A DNA stretch of 62,260 nt from Paracoccaceae bacterium (GTDB lineage Bacteria; Pseudomonadota; Alphaproteobacteria; Rhodobacterales; Rhodobacteraceae): contig SLBI01000106.1 of the NCBI GenBank assembly GCA_007126375.1, forward strand, positions 1-62,260, in the 5' to 3' direction. Within the stretch, counting starts at the first letter, position 1. Every line of letters begins with the position of its first letter. The notes below the pieces were generated by a model, which was not told the origin of the DNA, made no database searches, and saw nothing but the letters and a program-made list of their open reading frames with translations. The position numbers and the translations under genes are program-made. Below are positions 20,888 to 29,913 of the stretch, in pieces.

Positions 20888-20901
20888 ACTGAATGGTCAG
20901 T
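20888..20901. promoter_or_regulatory. Palindromic operator variant ACTGAATGGTCAGT between the divergent DadA-like and Mo-hydroxylase genes
   Basis: ACTGA-N4-TCAGT; same geometry as the 6093 and 9007 sites with a symmetric A>G/T>C change. Confidence 0.6.
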
Positions 20902-20946
20902 CTGCAGAGATTGCCCCGGAAGTCAACCGTTGGCAGGGAGAAGCGG

Positions 20947-23316
20947 ATGGGCGGCGAAGGCTCTGGCTTCGGTATCGGCGACGCAGTGCGTCGCAAGGAG
21001 GACCGGCGCCACCTGTTCGGTCGGGGGCAGTTCACCGCCGACCTCCGGATCCCGCGGCTGCAGGAGGTGGCCTTCCTGCGAAGCCCCATCGCGCATGGTC
21101 GCATCCGCGCAATCCATGTCCCCGAAGGTTTGCGCGACCGTGTCGTGCTGGCCGGCGACCTGCGCGGCGCCCGGTCGATACGCGCCGTCACCGATGCGCC
21201 GGGCTTCAACGCCGCCGACTTCCCCCTCCTTGCCTCCGACAAGGTGCTCTTCGTCGGCCAGCCGGTCGCCATGTGTCTTGCCCCCAGCCGGGCCGAGGCC
21301 GAGGATATCGCACAGGCCATCGATCTGGAAATCGATGAGCTTCCTGCCGTGGTCGACATGGAGGCGGCGGTCCGCCCCGACGCGCCGCTCCTGCACGAGG
21401 GCTGGGGACGCAACGTCTTTCTGACGCGCGAGTTCGAGGCCGGCGATCTGGAGCGCGCACGGGCCGAAGCGGCTGTGACGATCGAGCGGACCTACCGCCT
21501 GAATCGCCAGGCCGGTGTTTCGATGGAGGGGCGCGCTATCCTCGCCCACTGGGATGACCGGCTGGACGAACTGGTGGTCTGGAACTCCACCCAGATGCCG
21601 CATCAGGTGCGCTACGCGCTGGCGCTGCATCTCGACCTCGACGAACACCGCATCCGCGTGGTCGCACCGGATGTCGGCGGCGGTTTCGGGCTGAAGAACA
21701 TCGTCTACCCCGAAGAGATCGCGGTGGCCGCATTGGCCGCGCAGGTTCGTCAGCCGCTGCGCTGGATCGAGGACCGGCGCGAGCATTTCCTCGCCTCGAT
21801 CCACTGCCGCGAGACGCTCTATAACGTCACCGCCTTCGCCACTGCCGAGGGGCGGCTGCTGGGCGTGGACGTGACCGTGCAGGTCGATGCCGGGGCCTAT
21901 GCCACCTGGCCGAACGGGCCGAACATGGAACTGGGCATGGCGATCAAGAACGTGCCCGGCCCCTACCGGCTGGAGGCCTATCGCGCCCGCGGCTGGACGG
22001 CGGCCACCAACAAGGCGCCGATCGGCCCCTATCGCGGCGTCGCCCGCCCCGGCGCCTGCTTCTGCATCGAGCGCACCATCGACGAGATCGCTCGCGCCGT
22101 CGGCCGCGAGCCGCACGAGGTGCGGATGGAGAACATGGTCCGCCCGGACCAGATGCCCTACCGATCGCTGACCAACATGCTCTACGACAATGGCGACTAC
22201 GCCGAATCGGTCCGCATCGCCGCCGACCTTGTGGATGTGGCGTCCGTTCGTGCCCGGCAGGCGCAGGGCGAGGCCGACGGGCGCCTGATCGGCGTCGGCT
22301 TCGCCGCCTACACCGAGCAGACGGCGCATGGCTGCGGCGAGTGGATCACCCGCGGCGTCCCGATCATCCCCGGCTACGAATCCTGCACCGCGCGGCTGAT
22401 GTCGGACGGCTCGCTGCAACTCCTCGTCGGCATCCAGTCGCACGGGCAGGGGCTGGAGACGACGCTGGCGCAGGTCGCGCATCACGAACTCGGGGTGCCC
22501 TTCGAGCGCATCTCGGTCCGCCATGGCGACAGTGCGCTCAGCCCTTTCGGCATGGGCACCTTCGCCTCGCGGTCGATGGTCATGGCCGGCGGCGCGGTGG
22601 CGCGCGCCTCCCGCATGCTGGCCGCGCGCATCCGTCCCATCGCGGCGCAGCTCCTGCAATGCACTCCCGATGCGATCACGCTGCGCGACGGCGCGGCCCA
22701 CGGCCCTCAAGGCAGTGTGGACTTCGCCGAGATCGGCCGCGTCGCCTATGTGCGGCAGGAGGGATTGCCCCGCGATGCCGCGCCCACGCTCGACGTCACC
22801 GCCACCTATTCGCCCGAGATCGACACCGGGGTCTTCTGCTACTCTACCCATGCTGCGGTGGTGGCGGTGGATCCGGGAACCGGCACGGTGGAGATCCTCG
22901 ACTACGCCGTGGTCGAGGACTGCGGCACGATCGTCAATCCGATGATCGTTGACGGCCAGATCGTCGGCGGCGTGGCGCAGGGTATCGGGAACGCGCTCTA
23001 CGAAGAAATCCCCTATGACACTTCAGGTCAGCCGCTGGCCACGACGCTCGCCGATTACCTGCTGCCCGGGGCCCCGGCGATTCCGGGCATCAAGATCGCC
23101 CACATGTGCACCCCGGCCGAGCACACCGAATATGGCATGAAGGGCATGGGCGAAGGTGGTGCGATATCGCCCCCCGCGGCGATCGCCAATGCACTGCGCG
23201 ATGCGCTCGCCGACACGGGCGCAGAACTGTGCGAAACGCCGATGACGCCGCGCCGCGTGCTGGCTGCCATCCTCGCCGCCGAGTCGCGCATCCATGCGCG
23301 GGAGGCTGCGGAATGA
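20947..23316 (+). CDS. Second xanthine dehydrogenase/CoxL-family molybdopterin large subunit
   Basis: RRKEDRR, VGGGFGLK, loop PYRGVARP, HGQG and KGMGEGG. ATG after GGGAGA. Confidence 0.93.
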   Translation: MGGEGSGFGIGDAVRRKEDRRHLFGRGQFTADLRIPRLQEVAFLRSPIAHGRIRAIHVPEGLRDRVVLAGDLRGARSIRAVTDAPGFNAADFPLLASDKVLFVGQPVAMCLAPSRAEAEDIAQAIDLEIDELPAVVDMEAAVRPDAPLLHEGWGRNVFLTREFEAGDLERARAEAAVTIERTYRLNRQAGVSMEGRAILAHWDDRLDELVVWNSTQMPHQVRYALALHLDLDEHRIRVVAPDVGGGFGLKNIVYPEEIAVAALAAQVRQPLRWIEDRREHFLASIHCRETLYNVTAFATAEGRLLGVDVTVQVDAGAYATWPNGPNMELGMAIKNVPGPYRLEAYRARGWTAATNKAPIGPYRGVARPGACFCIERTIDEIARAVGREPHEVRMENMVRPDQMPYRSLTNMLYDNGDYAESVRIAADLVDVASVRARQAQGEADGRLIGVGFAAYTEQTAHGCGEWITRGVPIIPGYESCTARLMSDGSLQLLVGIQSHGQGLETTLAQVAHHELGVPFERISVRHGDSALSPFGMGTFASRSMVMAGGAVARASRMLAARIRPIAAQLLQCTPDAITLRDGAAHGPQGSVDFAEIGRVAYVRQEGLPRDAAPTLDVTATYSPEIDTGVFCYSTHAAVVAVDPGTGTVEILDYAVVEDCGTIVNPMIVDGQIVGGVAQGIGNALYEEIPYDTSGQPLATTLADYLLPGAPAIPGIKIAHMCTPAEHTEYGMKGMGEGGAISPPAAIANALRDALADTGAELCETPMTPRRVLAAILAAESRIHAREAAE

Positions 23317-24152
23317 AGCCCGCCCCGTTCGATTATGCCGCGGCACGCGATCTTGACCATGCTCTCGCGCTCTTCGGAGAGGCTGAAGGAGAGGCGAAAT
23401 ACATCGCCGGTGGCCAGACCCTCGGGCCGATGCTGAATCTCCGGCTGAGCCAACCCGATCGCTTGATCGACCTCGGCAGGATCGACGCGCTGCGCGATGC
23501 CCGATCCGAGGGCGACCGGGTGGTATTCGGCGCCGGTGTGCGGCATGCCGAGATCGAGGACGGCCTTCTGCCGGACCCATCTGGCGGGCTGATGCCACAG
23601 GCGGCGGCGCGGCTTGCCTATCGTGCGATCCGCAATCGCGGCACGTTGGGTGGCAGCCTCGTTCATGCCGATCCGGCAGCGGAATGGCCGAACATTCTGC
23701 TTGCGCTCGATGCAACGGTGCATCTGCGAGGGCTCGCTGGCGCGCGGGAAGTCCGGCTTGGGGACTTCCAGCTCGGGTATCTGACGACCGATCTCGCCCC
23801 AGATGAGATCGTCGCGTCGATCTCCATTCCGGTCCTCGGACCGACCGCGCGGTGGGGCTATCACAAGCTCTGCCGCCAGCCTGGTGAATTCGCTCAATCT
23901 CTTGCGGTGACAGTTGTTTTCGGCCCCGGGAGGGTGCGTTGCGTGCTGGGCTGTGCCGGGCCGGTGCCGCTCCTGCTCAAGGCCGTGTCGGCGCTTGCCG
24001 GGGGGGTGAGCGGATGGCGCGACGATGTCCGGACCGAAATCGCCGCGGCGCTGGAGACGGATCTGTCCGCCGCTGGAATCGCGGTCGACGCGGTGGACCT
24101 GCGCGCGCATGCCGCCACGGTCGCCCGCAGCATGAAGGACGCTTTGGCATGA
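23313..24152 (+). CDS. CoxM-family FAD-binding subunit
   Basis: MKPAPFDY, AGGQTL, RNRGTLGGS; ATGA overlap. Confidence 0.92.
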   Translation: MKPAPFDYAAARDLDHALALFGEAEGEAKYIAGGQTLGPMLNLRLSQPDRLIDLGRIDALRDARSEGDRVVFGAGVRHAEIEDGLLPDPSGGLMPQAAARLAYRAIRNRGTLGGSLVHADPAAEWPNILLALDATVHLRGLAGAREVRLGDFQLGYLTTDLAPDEIVASISIPVLGPTARWGYHKLCRQPGEFAQSLAVTVVFGPGRVRCVLGCAGPVPLLLKAVSALAGGVSGWRDDVRTEIAAALETDLSAAGIAVDAVDLRAHAATVARSMKDALA

Positions 24153-24649
24153 TCCGCAGGGAGATCGCGCTCGAGGTCAATGGCAGGTCGGTCCATGCCA
24201 GCGTGGAGCCGCGACAGTCGTTGGCGGATTATCTGCGCGACGGCCTCGACCTGACGGCCACCCATCTGGGCTGCGAACACGGTGTCTGCGGTGCCTGTAC
24301 CTTGCTGCTGGACGGCGAGCCGGTGCGTGGCTGCATCACGCTTGCGGTCGCGGCGGAAGGGCGAAGGGTCGACACCCTCGAGGCCTTCGACGAGGATCCG
24401 CTGATGAACCTGCTGCGACAGGCGTTCTCGGAACATCACGGGCTGCAATGTGGTTTCTGCACCCCCGGAATGCTCCTCATGGCGCGCGACATCATCCTTT
24501 CTGATCGCGTGGCCTCCGATGCCGAACTGCGGGTGGCGCTGTCGGGAAATATCTGCCGCTGCACCGGCTATGCCGGCATCCTGCGCGCCATCTCCGCCGC
24601 TCGCGAGGCCTGGCAGGCACGGCCCCATGCCGCCACCGGGCCGGCATGA
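24149..24649 (+). CDS. CoxS-family 2x[2Fe-2S] subunit
   Basis: [26 protein letters not shown]; ATGA overlap. Confidence 0.94.
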   Translation: MIRREIALEVNGRSVHASVEPRQSLADYLRDGLDLTATHLGCEHGVCGACTLLLDGEPVRGCITLAVAAEGRRVDTLEAFDEDPLMNLLRQAFSEHHGLQCGFCTPGMLLMARDIILSDRVASDAELRVALSGNICRCTGYAGILRAISAAREAWQARPHAATGPA

Positions 24650-24798
24650 CGTTCCGGTGGCACGCTCGCTGCGGCCCTGCGCCGGGCGCGACGAAGGATG
24701 AGACACCCGACCGGAATATCGCGAGCCGGCCGGTCGGCGCACAAGGACAGAAGGCTCGTTCGATCAAACCGTTGTCCGGCAGAAGAGGGAGAAGTCCA

Positions 24799-25833
24799 AT
24801 GCATCGCCGCCGCCTGACGGCCTATCTGGGGGCATTCAGTTGCGCCCTTGCCCTGTGCGCGCTCGGCTCTGCCAGCCCGCTATCGGCACAGACCTACACC
24901 GCCCGCATCGGCCATCTCGAGAACCCCGACCAGCCACGGCACATCATGCTGACGCGGGTTGCCGAGCTTGTTTCCGAGCGGACCGATGGCAACGTCGTCT
25001 TCCAGATCTTTCCGTCCAGCCAGCTGGGCGGACAGCGCGAGATGAACGAGGGGGTGCAGATCGGGACACAGGAGGCAACTGTTTCGGCCACCTCGTGGAT
25101 GGCAGGATTCAACCCCTACGTGACCATTCTCGACCTGCCGTTCTTCCTGCCCGCCGACGCCGAGAAGTCGCAGCAACTGCGCGAAGGCCCTTTCGGCGAG
25201 CGCCTGCTGCAGACCTTCGAGGCGCCAGGCTATCATGCTGTCGCCTTCTGGCCTTTCGGTTTCAAGCAGATCACCTCGAACCGACCGCTCGACACCATCG
25301 AGGACATCTCCGGGCAGCGTTTCCGGGTCATGGCCTCGGACATCCTGATGGCCCAGTTCGAGGCGATGGGCGCCTCGTCGATCTCGCTGCCCTTCGGCGA
25401 ACTCTACACCGCGCTGCAGAACCGTGTGGTGGACGGGCAGGAAAACCCGATATCGTCGATCCTTTCGATGCGCTTCTACGAGGTTCAGGAGAATATCCTG
25501 ATCTCGGACCATGGCGCCATCGAGGACGTGATCGTCTTCAATCCCGGGTGGTGGAACAGCCTGCCCGCAGAGTATCAGACCGTGATCACCGAGGCCTTCG
25601 TCGAGGTGATCCCCGAGTTGCAGGAACTCTATCGCGTGCAGCGCGAGCAGGGCATCGCCATCATCGAGGCAAGCGGTGCCAATGTGCGCGTGATGGACGA
25701 CGAGGAACGCGCGACGCTGCGCGAACGCACCTTCGGTCCGACAGTCGAGGTGTATCTGGCACGCAACGGCGACATCGGTGCCGAGTTGATGGCGCTTTAC
25801 GAGATCGAGTACGCCCGCATCATGGGCGAGTGA
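24799..25833 (+). CDS. dctP: TRAP transporter substrate-binding protein
   Basis: Signal peptide, FPSSQLG, RFRVM and ELYTALQ..VDGQENP; RBS GAGGGAG. Confidence 0.92.
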   Translation: MHRRRLTAYLGAFSCALALCALGSASPLSAQTYTARIGHLENPDQPRHIMLTRVAELVSERTDGNVVFQIFPSSQLGGQREMNEGVQIGTQEATVSATSWMAGFNPYVTILDLPFFLPADAEKSQQLREGPFGERLLQTFEAPGYHAVAFWPFGFKQITSNRPLDTIEDISGQRFRVMASDILMAQFEAMGASSISLPFGELYTALQNRVVDGQENPISSILSMRFYEVQENILISDHGAIEDVIVFNPGWWNSLPAEYQTVITEAFVEVIPELQELYRVQREQGIAIIEASGANVRVMDDEERATLRERTFGPTVEVYLARNGDIGAELMALYEIEYARIMGE

Positions 25834-25841
25834 AACGCGTT

Positions 25842-25871
25842 TGCGACGGCGGGGCCGGCCCCGCCGTCGCA
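25842..25871. repeat. Perfect 30-bp palindrome between dctP and dctQ
   Basis: TGCGACGGCGGGGCCGGCCCCGCCGTCGCA equals its own reverse complement. Confidence 0.85.
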
Positions 25872-25891
25872 CCGTGAAGCGGGGGTTCGGG

Positions 25892-26395
25892 ATGACGCAC
25901 CGACTGCTCGACGCCTTGCGTTTCGTCGAACGCTCCGCGGTTCTTGTGCTGTTCGCCCTGATGCTGGGACTTTTCCTTGCCAACATCGGCGTGCGCAGCC
26001 TCTTGCCGCAATATGCGAGCATGATCAGCTGGGCCGAGGAGGCCGCAAGGATCGCGATGATATGGGGCGTTTTCCTGATCGCGGGGATCACGCTCGAGCG
26101 CGGCCGGCACATCGCGATGAACTCGCTCGTGATCCAGCTGCGCCCGGCGGCGCGGCGGCTTCTGCGCCGGGCCGTAGGCGTCTCAGGGGCGCTGCTGTTC
26201 GGCTATCTGTGCTGGATCTGCGTCAGCCTCATGCAGCTGGTCTTCCGCAGCGGCCAGGTGCTGCCCGACCTGCGCATCTCCAGCGGTTATCTCTACCTCG
26301 GACCGGCCATCGGGCTGGGCCTGCTGGCGCTGCGCTACGCGATCGAGGTGATCGCGCCTCAGGATGCCGCCAGCCTGAACCGCGACGAGAGCTGA
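25892..26395 (+). CDS. dctQ: TRAP transporter small permease
   Basis: SWAEEAAR and GRHIA motifs, four hydrophobic segments. Confidence 0.88.
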   Translation: MTHRLLDALRFVERSAVLVLFALMLGLFLANIGVRSLLPQYASMISWAEEAARIAMIWGVFLIAGITLERGRHIAMNSLVIQLRPAARRLLRRAVGVSGALLFGYLCWICVSLMQLVFRSGQVLPDLRISSGYLYLGPAIGLGLLALRYAIEVIAPQDAASLNRDES

Positions 26396-26404
26396 GGAAA
26401 CGGC

Positions 26405-27685
26405 ATGATCTATCTGATCGTCGGCGTGACCTTCCTCATCTTCCTGCTCGGCTTCGAGATGATCATCGTTCTGGCGCTGCCATCGGTGCTGCTGAAGCAG
26501 GTTTATTTCCCGACCATGCCCGACCTGATCCTGGTGCAGCGGATGATCGCGGGCATGAACCAGTCAACGCTGCTGGCGATCCCTTTCTTCATCCTCGCGG
26601 CCGAGACCATGGCCGGCGGGCAGATCGCTGCGCGGCTGGCTAATCTGGTGCGCGTCTGCATCGGCCATCTGCGCGGCGGCGTTGGCAGTACCGCGGTGGC
26701 CAGCTCGATGCTGTTCGGCTCGGTTTCCGGCTCGGCGGCGGCAACGGTGGCGGCGGTTGGGCGACTGCTCTACCCCGAGCTTCGCAAGGTGGGCTACTCG
26801 CGGAAGTTCTCGCTCGGGTTGATCGCCTCAAGCGCCGAGACCGCGCTGCTGATCCCGCCAAGCATCACCATGATCATCTTCGGCTGGCTTTCCGGCACCT
26901 CGATCACGCGCCTCTTTGCGGCCGGTCTCGTCATTGGCCTCGTGCTGGGTCTGATCTTCGTGACCTACGTCTACCTCGTCTCGCGCATCCTTGGCGTCGG
27001 CCGGATGGAGCGCGAGGGCTGGGCCGCCCGGGGCGTGGCAATGCGGGGTGCAGTCTGGGCTCTGGGCATGCCGGTGATCATTCTCGGCGGCATCTACACC
27101 GGCGTCTTCACCGCCACCGAGGCTGCAAGCATCTCGGTCGCCTACGCCTTCCTGGTCGAGGGGCTGGTCTATCGCAACCTTACCTGGGCGCGGCTGACCG
27201 GCATCTTCGAGAGCGCGGCGATCCTGTCCTGCGTGGTCTTCATGCTGATCGGAATGGGTAGCATCCTGTCCCATTTCCTCACGCTCTTTCAAGTGCCTGG
27301 CATGGTGCTGGCGCTGATGGACTATTTCGACCGTGACGTGCTGGTGTTCCTGCTGATCGTCAACGTCACCTTCCTGATCGCGGGGATGTTCCTCGATCCC
27401 AGCTCGGCCATGCTGATCCTCGTGCCACCGCTCTATCCGGTGGCGGCGGCGCTGGGGGTTGATCCGGTGCATTTCGGCATGATCGTGACACTCAACATCG
27501 CCATTGCGATGATCACGCCGCCCTTCGGGCTCGACCTCTTCGTCGCTTCGACCACATTGAACAAGCCCGTCATGATGGTCATTGCCGGCGTTCTGCCTTT
27601 CATCCTGGTGAACCTTGTCGTACTCGCCGCCGTGACGCTGGTTCCTGAGCTCTCGACCTTCTTCCCGGCCTGGCTTGGCCTCTGA
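26405..27685 (+). CDS. dctM: TRAP transporter large permease
   Basis: LLAIPFF, SGSAAA, LIPPS, TATEA and TPPFG motifs. Confidence 0.93.
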   Translation: MIYLIVGVTFLIFLLGFEMIIVLALPSVLLKQVYFPTMPDLILVQRMIAGMNQSTLLAIPFFILAAETMAGGQIAARLANLVRVCIGHLRGGVGSTAVASSMLFGSVSGSAAATVAAVGRLLYPELRKVGYSRKFSLGLIASSAETALLIPPSITMIIFGWLSGTSITRLFAAGLVIGLVLGLIFVTYVYLVSRILGVGRMEREGWAARGVAMRGAVWALGMPVIILGGIYTGVFTATEAASISVAYAFLVEGLVYRNLTWARLTGIFESAAILSCVVFMLIGMGSILSHFLTLFQVPGMVLALMDYFDRDVLVFLLIVNVTFLIAGMFLDPSSAMLILVPPLYPVAAALGVDPVHFGMIVTLNIAIAMITPPFGLDLFVASTTLNKPVMMVIAGVLPFILVNLVVLAAVTLVPELSTFFPAWLGL

Positions 27686-27698
27686 TGCGGCGGTGCCG

Positions 27699-28673
27699 TC
27701 AGGCGACCTTGCGGGAGGCAGGCGGCAACAGCTTTCCAACGGTGCGCTCGGGCCGCCGTGGGGCCACTGCGCCGGGCCGCCACAGCGCATGGATGTAGCG
27801 GATGATCTGCGCTGTGTCGCCATGTCGCACACGCAACAGCGGCGGCGTATCGGTGGCAGCCGCGGCCTTCGGCCGGCTCCTTGCCGGCCAGCGCAGCTGT
27901 TCCAGCCGACCGTCGCACCGCTCGACGATCAGGCTGTGTCCGCCGGCCATCGGCGATCCTGTCCAGGATCCGCAGTTCGCCAGCCATTTCCCGTGGCGCC
28001 GCGCCAGAATCGGCACATGGCTGTGTCCGAAGACGATGCCGTCGGCGCCGTCGCGCAGAACCCGGCGCAGCGCAGCGGCGGCATAGCGCTCGGCCAACGC
28101 GCCGCCCTCCCGGGCGATGGCCCGGCCCAGCGACCAGCGCCGCAGCCGGCCCTTGTGCAGTGTCGACATCTGCCGCGACGGAGCCAGGCCGCGCTCGCTC
28201 AGCCAGCCCCACAGCCGGTCCGCCAGCTTCGAGCTGCCGCGCCACAGCACCCCGTCGAACTGGTCGCCGTGCATCACGATCAATGCCCGACCGTCGCGGG
28301 TGCGGTGCATGCAACGTTCCTCGATGCGGATGCCGAAGCGGCGCAGGATCAACGGGCGGAGCAGCACCGGCAGGATCTCGCGCAGCTTCTCGTCGTGATT
28401 TCCGGTTATGAGCGTGATGCGCACCCTCCGACGACGCAGCGTCATCAGCAGGTCAACGAAGTCGCAGTAGTCCTGTGTCCAGTACCAGCGTTTCTCCAGT
28501 TTCCAGCCGTCGAGGATGTCGCCGACAAGATAGAGATGATCCATCTCGCAACCGGCGAGAAACTCCGTCAACGCGCCGATGTCGGCGCCCTTGTATCCGA
28601 GATGCAGGTCGGACAGGAACACGGCTCGCAGACGCCCGGGGGCAGGAACGATCGGAGTGGCTGGCACGTTCAT
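27699..28673 (-). CDS. plcP: Metallophosphoesterase, PlcP/LpxH2-like (phospholipase C of P-free lipid remodelling)
   Basis: SDLHLG, LVGDILDGW, GNHDE, HGDQFD, GHSH and NCGSW; ATGA-coupled to the upstream GT4 gene. Confidence 0.78.
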   Translation of the reverse strand: MNVPATPIVPAPGRLRAVFLSDLHLGYKGADIGALTEFLAGCEMDHLYLVGDILDGWKLEKRWYWTQDYCDFVDLLMTLRRRRVRITLITGNHDEKLREILPVLLRPLILRRFGIRIEERCMHRTRDGRALIVMHGDQFDGVLWRGSSKLADRLWGWLSERGLAPSRQMSTLHKGRLRRWSLGRAIAREGGALAERYAAAALRRVLRDGADGIVFGHSHVPILARRHGKWLANCGSWTGSPMAGGHSLIVERCDGRLEQLRWPARSRPKAAAATDTPPLLRVRHGDTAQIIRYIHALWRPGAVAPRRPERTVGKLLPPASRKVA

Positions 28674-29794
28674 TGTGCAAGCTCCGCACATCCGGCATGG
28701 AACCGTGTCGCGACCATCGCCCAGCTGTAGGTGTCCCGCGTCTGCAGATGCCGCTCGCGCCGGCTGCCCGGCGCGTCCAGCGCGCGGCGCACCGCTGCGG
28801 CAAGATCGCCGTCCACCGCACCCAGCCGCGGATCGCAGGCAATGATGTCGCGCGGCCCGGGTGCATTCAGTGCCGCGACCGGCAGGCCCGAGGCCAGCGC
28901 CTCGATCAGTACGATTCCGAATGTGTCGGTCTTCGAGGGGAAGACAAAGACGTCCGCCGCGCGATAGGCCTCGGCCAGTGCGTTTCCGGTCAGCGTGCCG
29001 CGGAACTCCACCTCAGGATGGCGCCGGCGGAGCGCCGCGAGTTGCGGGCCGTCGCCCACCACCACCTTGCGTGCCGGCCCGATCCGCGCAGTGTCCAGGC
29101 GCAGGAAGGCCTCGATGTTCTTTTCCGGCGCCACCCGCCCGACGTAGAGCAGCACGGGGGGCGTGCCCGAGGGGCGCTCGGGGCCGGGCCGGAACAGCGC
29201 GCAATCCACCCCGCGCGAGAGGCGTTCCAGCCGCCCGGCGAAGCCCCAGCGACGCAGTTCCGCCTCCATCGAGGCGGTGGCGACATAGGTGAAGGCGGCC
29301 GGGGCATGGAAGCGGCGCATCAGCGCCACAGTCATTCGCTTAACCGGGCCGGCAAGGGGTCGGGGCATTCGCAAGGCAGCATAGGCGGGGAAGTTGGTGT
29401 GGAAGGCGGTGGAGAAACGCAGCCCCCGCCGCAGGCAATACGCCCGCGCCGCCCAGCCCAGCGGCCCTTCCACGGCGATGTGCAGCGACTCGGGCGCAAT
29501 GCTGTCGATCATCGCCGCAAGCTTGCGGCCGGGGCGCAGCGCCAGCGGAATTTCCGCATAGCCCGGCAGCGCCGTGCAGGCAAAGCGATCGGGCCCGATC
29601 ACCTCGACGGTGCAGCCGCGCGCCGAGAGTTCGCGCGCGATGCTCTCGTAGCTGCGCACCACCCCGTTGACCTGAGGCTTCCAGGCGTCCGAGACGATCA
29701 GAATGCGGCGAGGCAAGGCAAGCGGCGCGTCCAGAGATGGTGCGGTGCCAAGGGGCTGTGGCATGACGGCACCGAAGCCAACGATCCGTCCCAT
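28670..29794 (-). CDS. agt: GT4 glycosyltransferase, Agt-like (glycosyl-diacylglycerol synthase)
   Basis: ILIVSDAWKPQVNGVVR, HTNFP.Y, VGRVAPEKN and FPSKTDTFG.V..EA. Start uncertain (29794, 29830 or later). Confidence 0.8.
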   Translation of the reverse strand: MGRIVGFGAVMPQPLGTAPSLDAPLALPRRILIVSDAWKPQVNGVVRSYESIARELSARGCTVEVIGPDRFACTALPGYAEIPLALRPGRKLAAMIDSIAPESLHIAVEGPLGWAARAYCLRRGLRFSTAFHTNFPAYAALRMPRPLAGPVKRMTVALMRRFHAPAAFTYVATASMEAELRRWGFAGRLERLSRGVDCALFRPGPERPSGTPPVLLYVGRVAPEKNIEAFLRLDTARIGPARKVVVGDGPQLAALRRRHPEVEFRGTLTGNALAEAYRAADVFVFPSKTDTFGIVLIEALASGLPVAALNAPGPRDIIACDPRLGAVDGDLAAAVRRALDAPGSRRERHLQTRDTYSWAMVATRFHAGCAELAQ

Positions 29795-29913
29795 GCCTGC
29801 TGCTCCCTGCGCTTGCCGAGTTTCCCTCACTCCTTGCCTTCGGTCGGTAACAGCATCGTGTCATCAGAGCCCGAAATACCGCAAGATGGAGCATTTCTGC
29901 CGGCCGTTTCGGG

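Noticed and set aside
1157-24297. Near-identical 39-nt segments at 1157-1195 and 24259-24297
   Set aside because: Both encode the conserved [13 protein letters not shown] Fe-S motif of paralogous subunits; not a mobile repeat.
24646-24798. ATGA-coupled 51-codon N-terminal extension of the second DctP
   Set aside because: A strong RBS and the signal peptide begin at 24799; the extension would bury the signal.
27699-28673. Metallophosphoesterase as a Pnkp-like RNA end-healing partner of Hen1
   Set aside because: Its motifs and coupling to an Agt-like GT4 fit the PlcP/LpxH2 family; there is no kinase or ligase domain.
29847-29864. Pho box upstream of the agt-like gene
   Set aside because: The half-sites are opposed rather than an 11-bp-spaced direct repeat.
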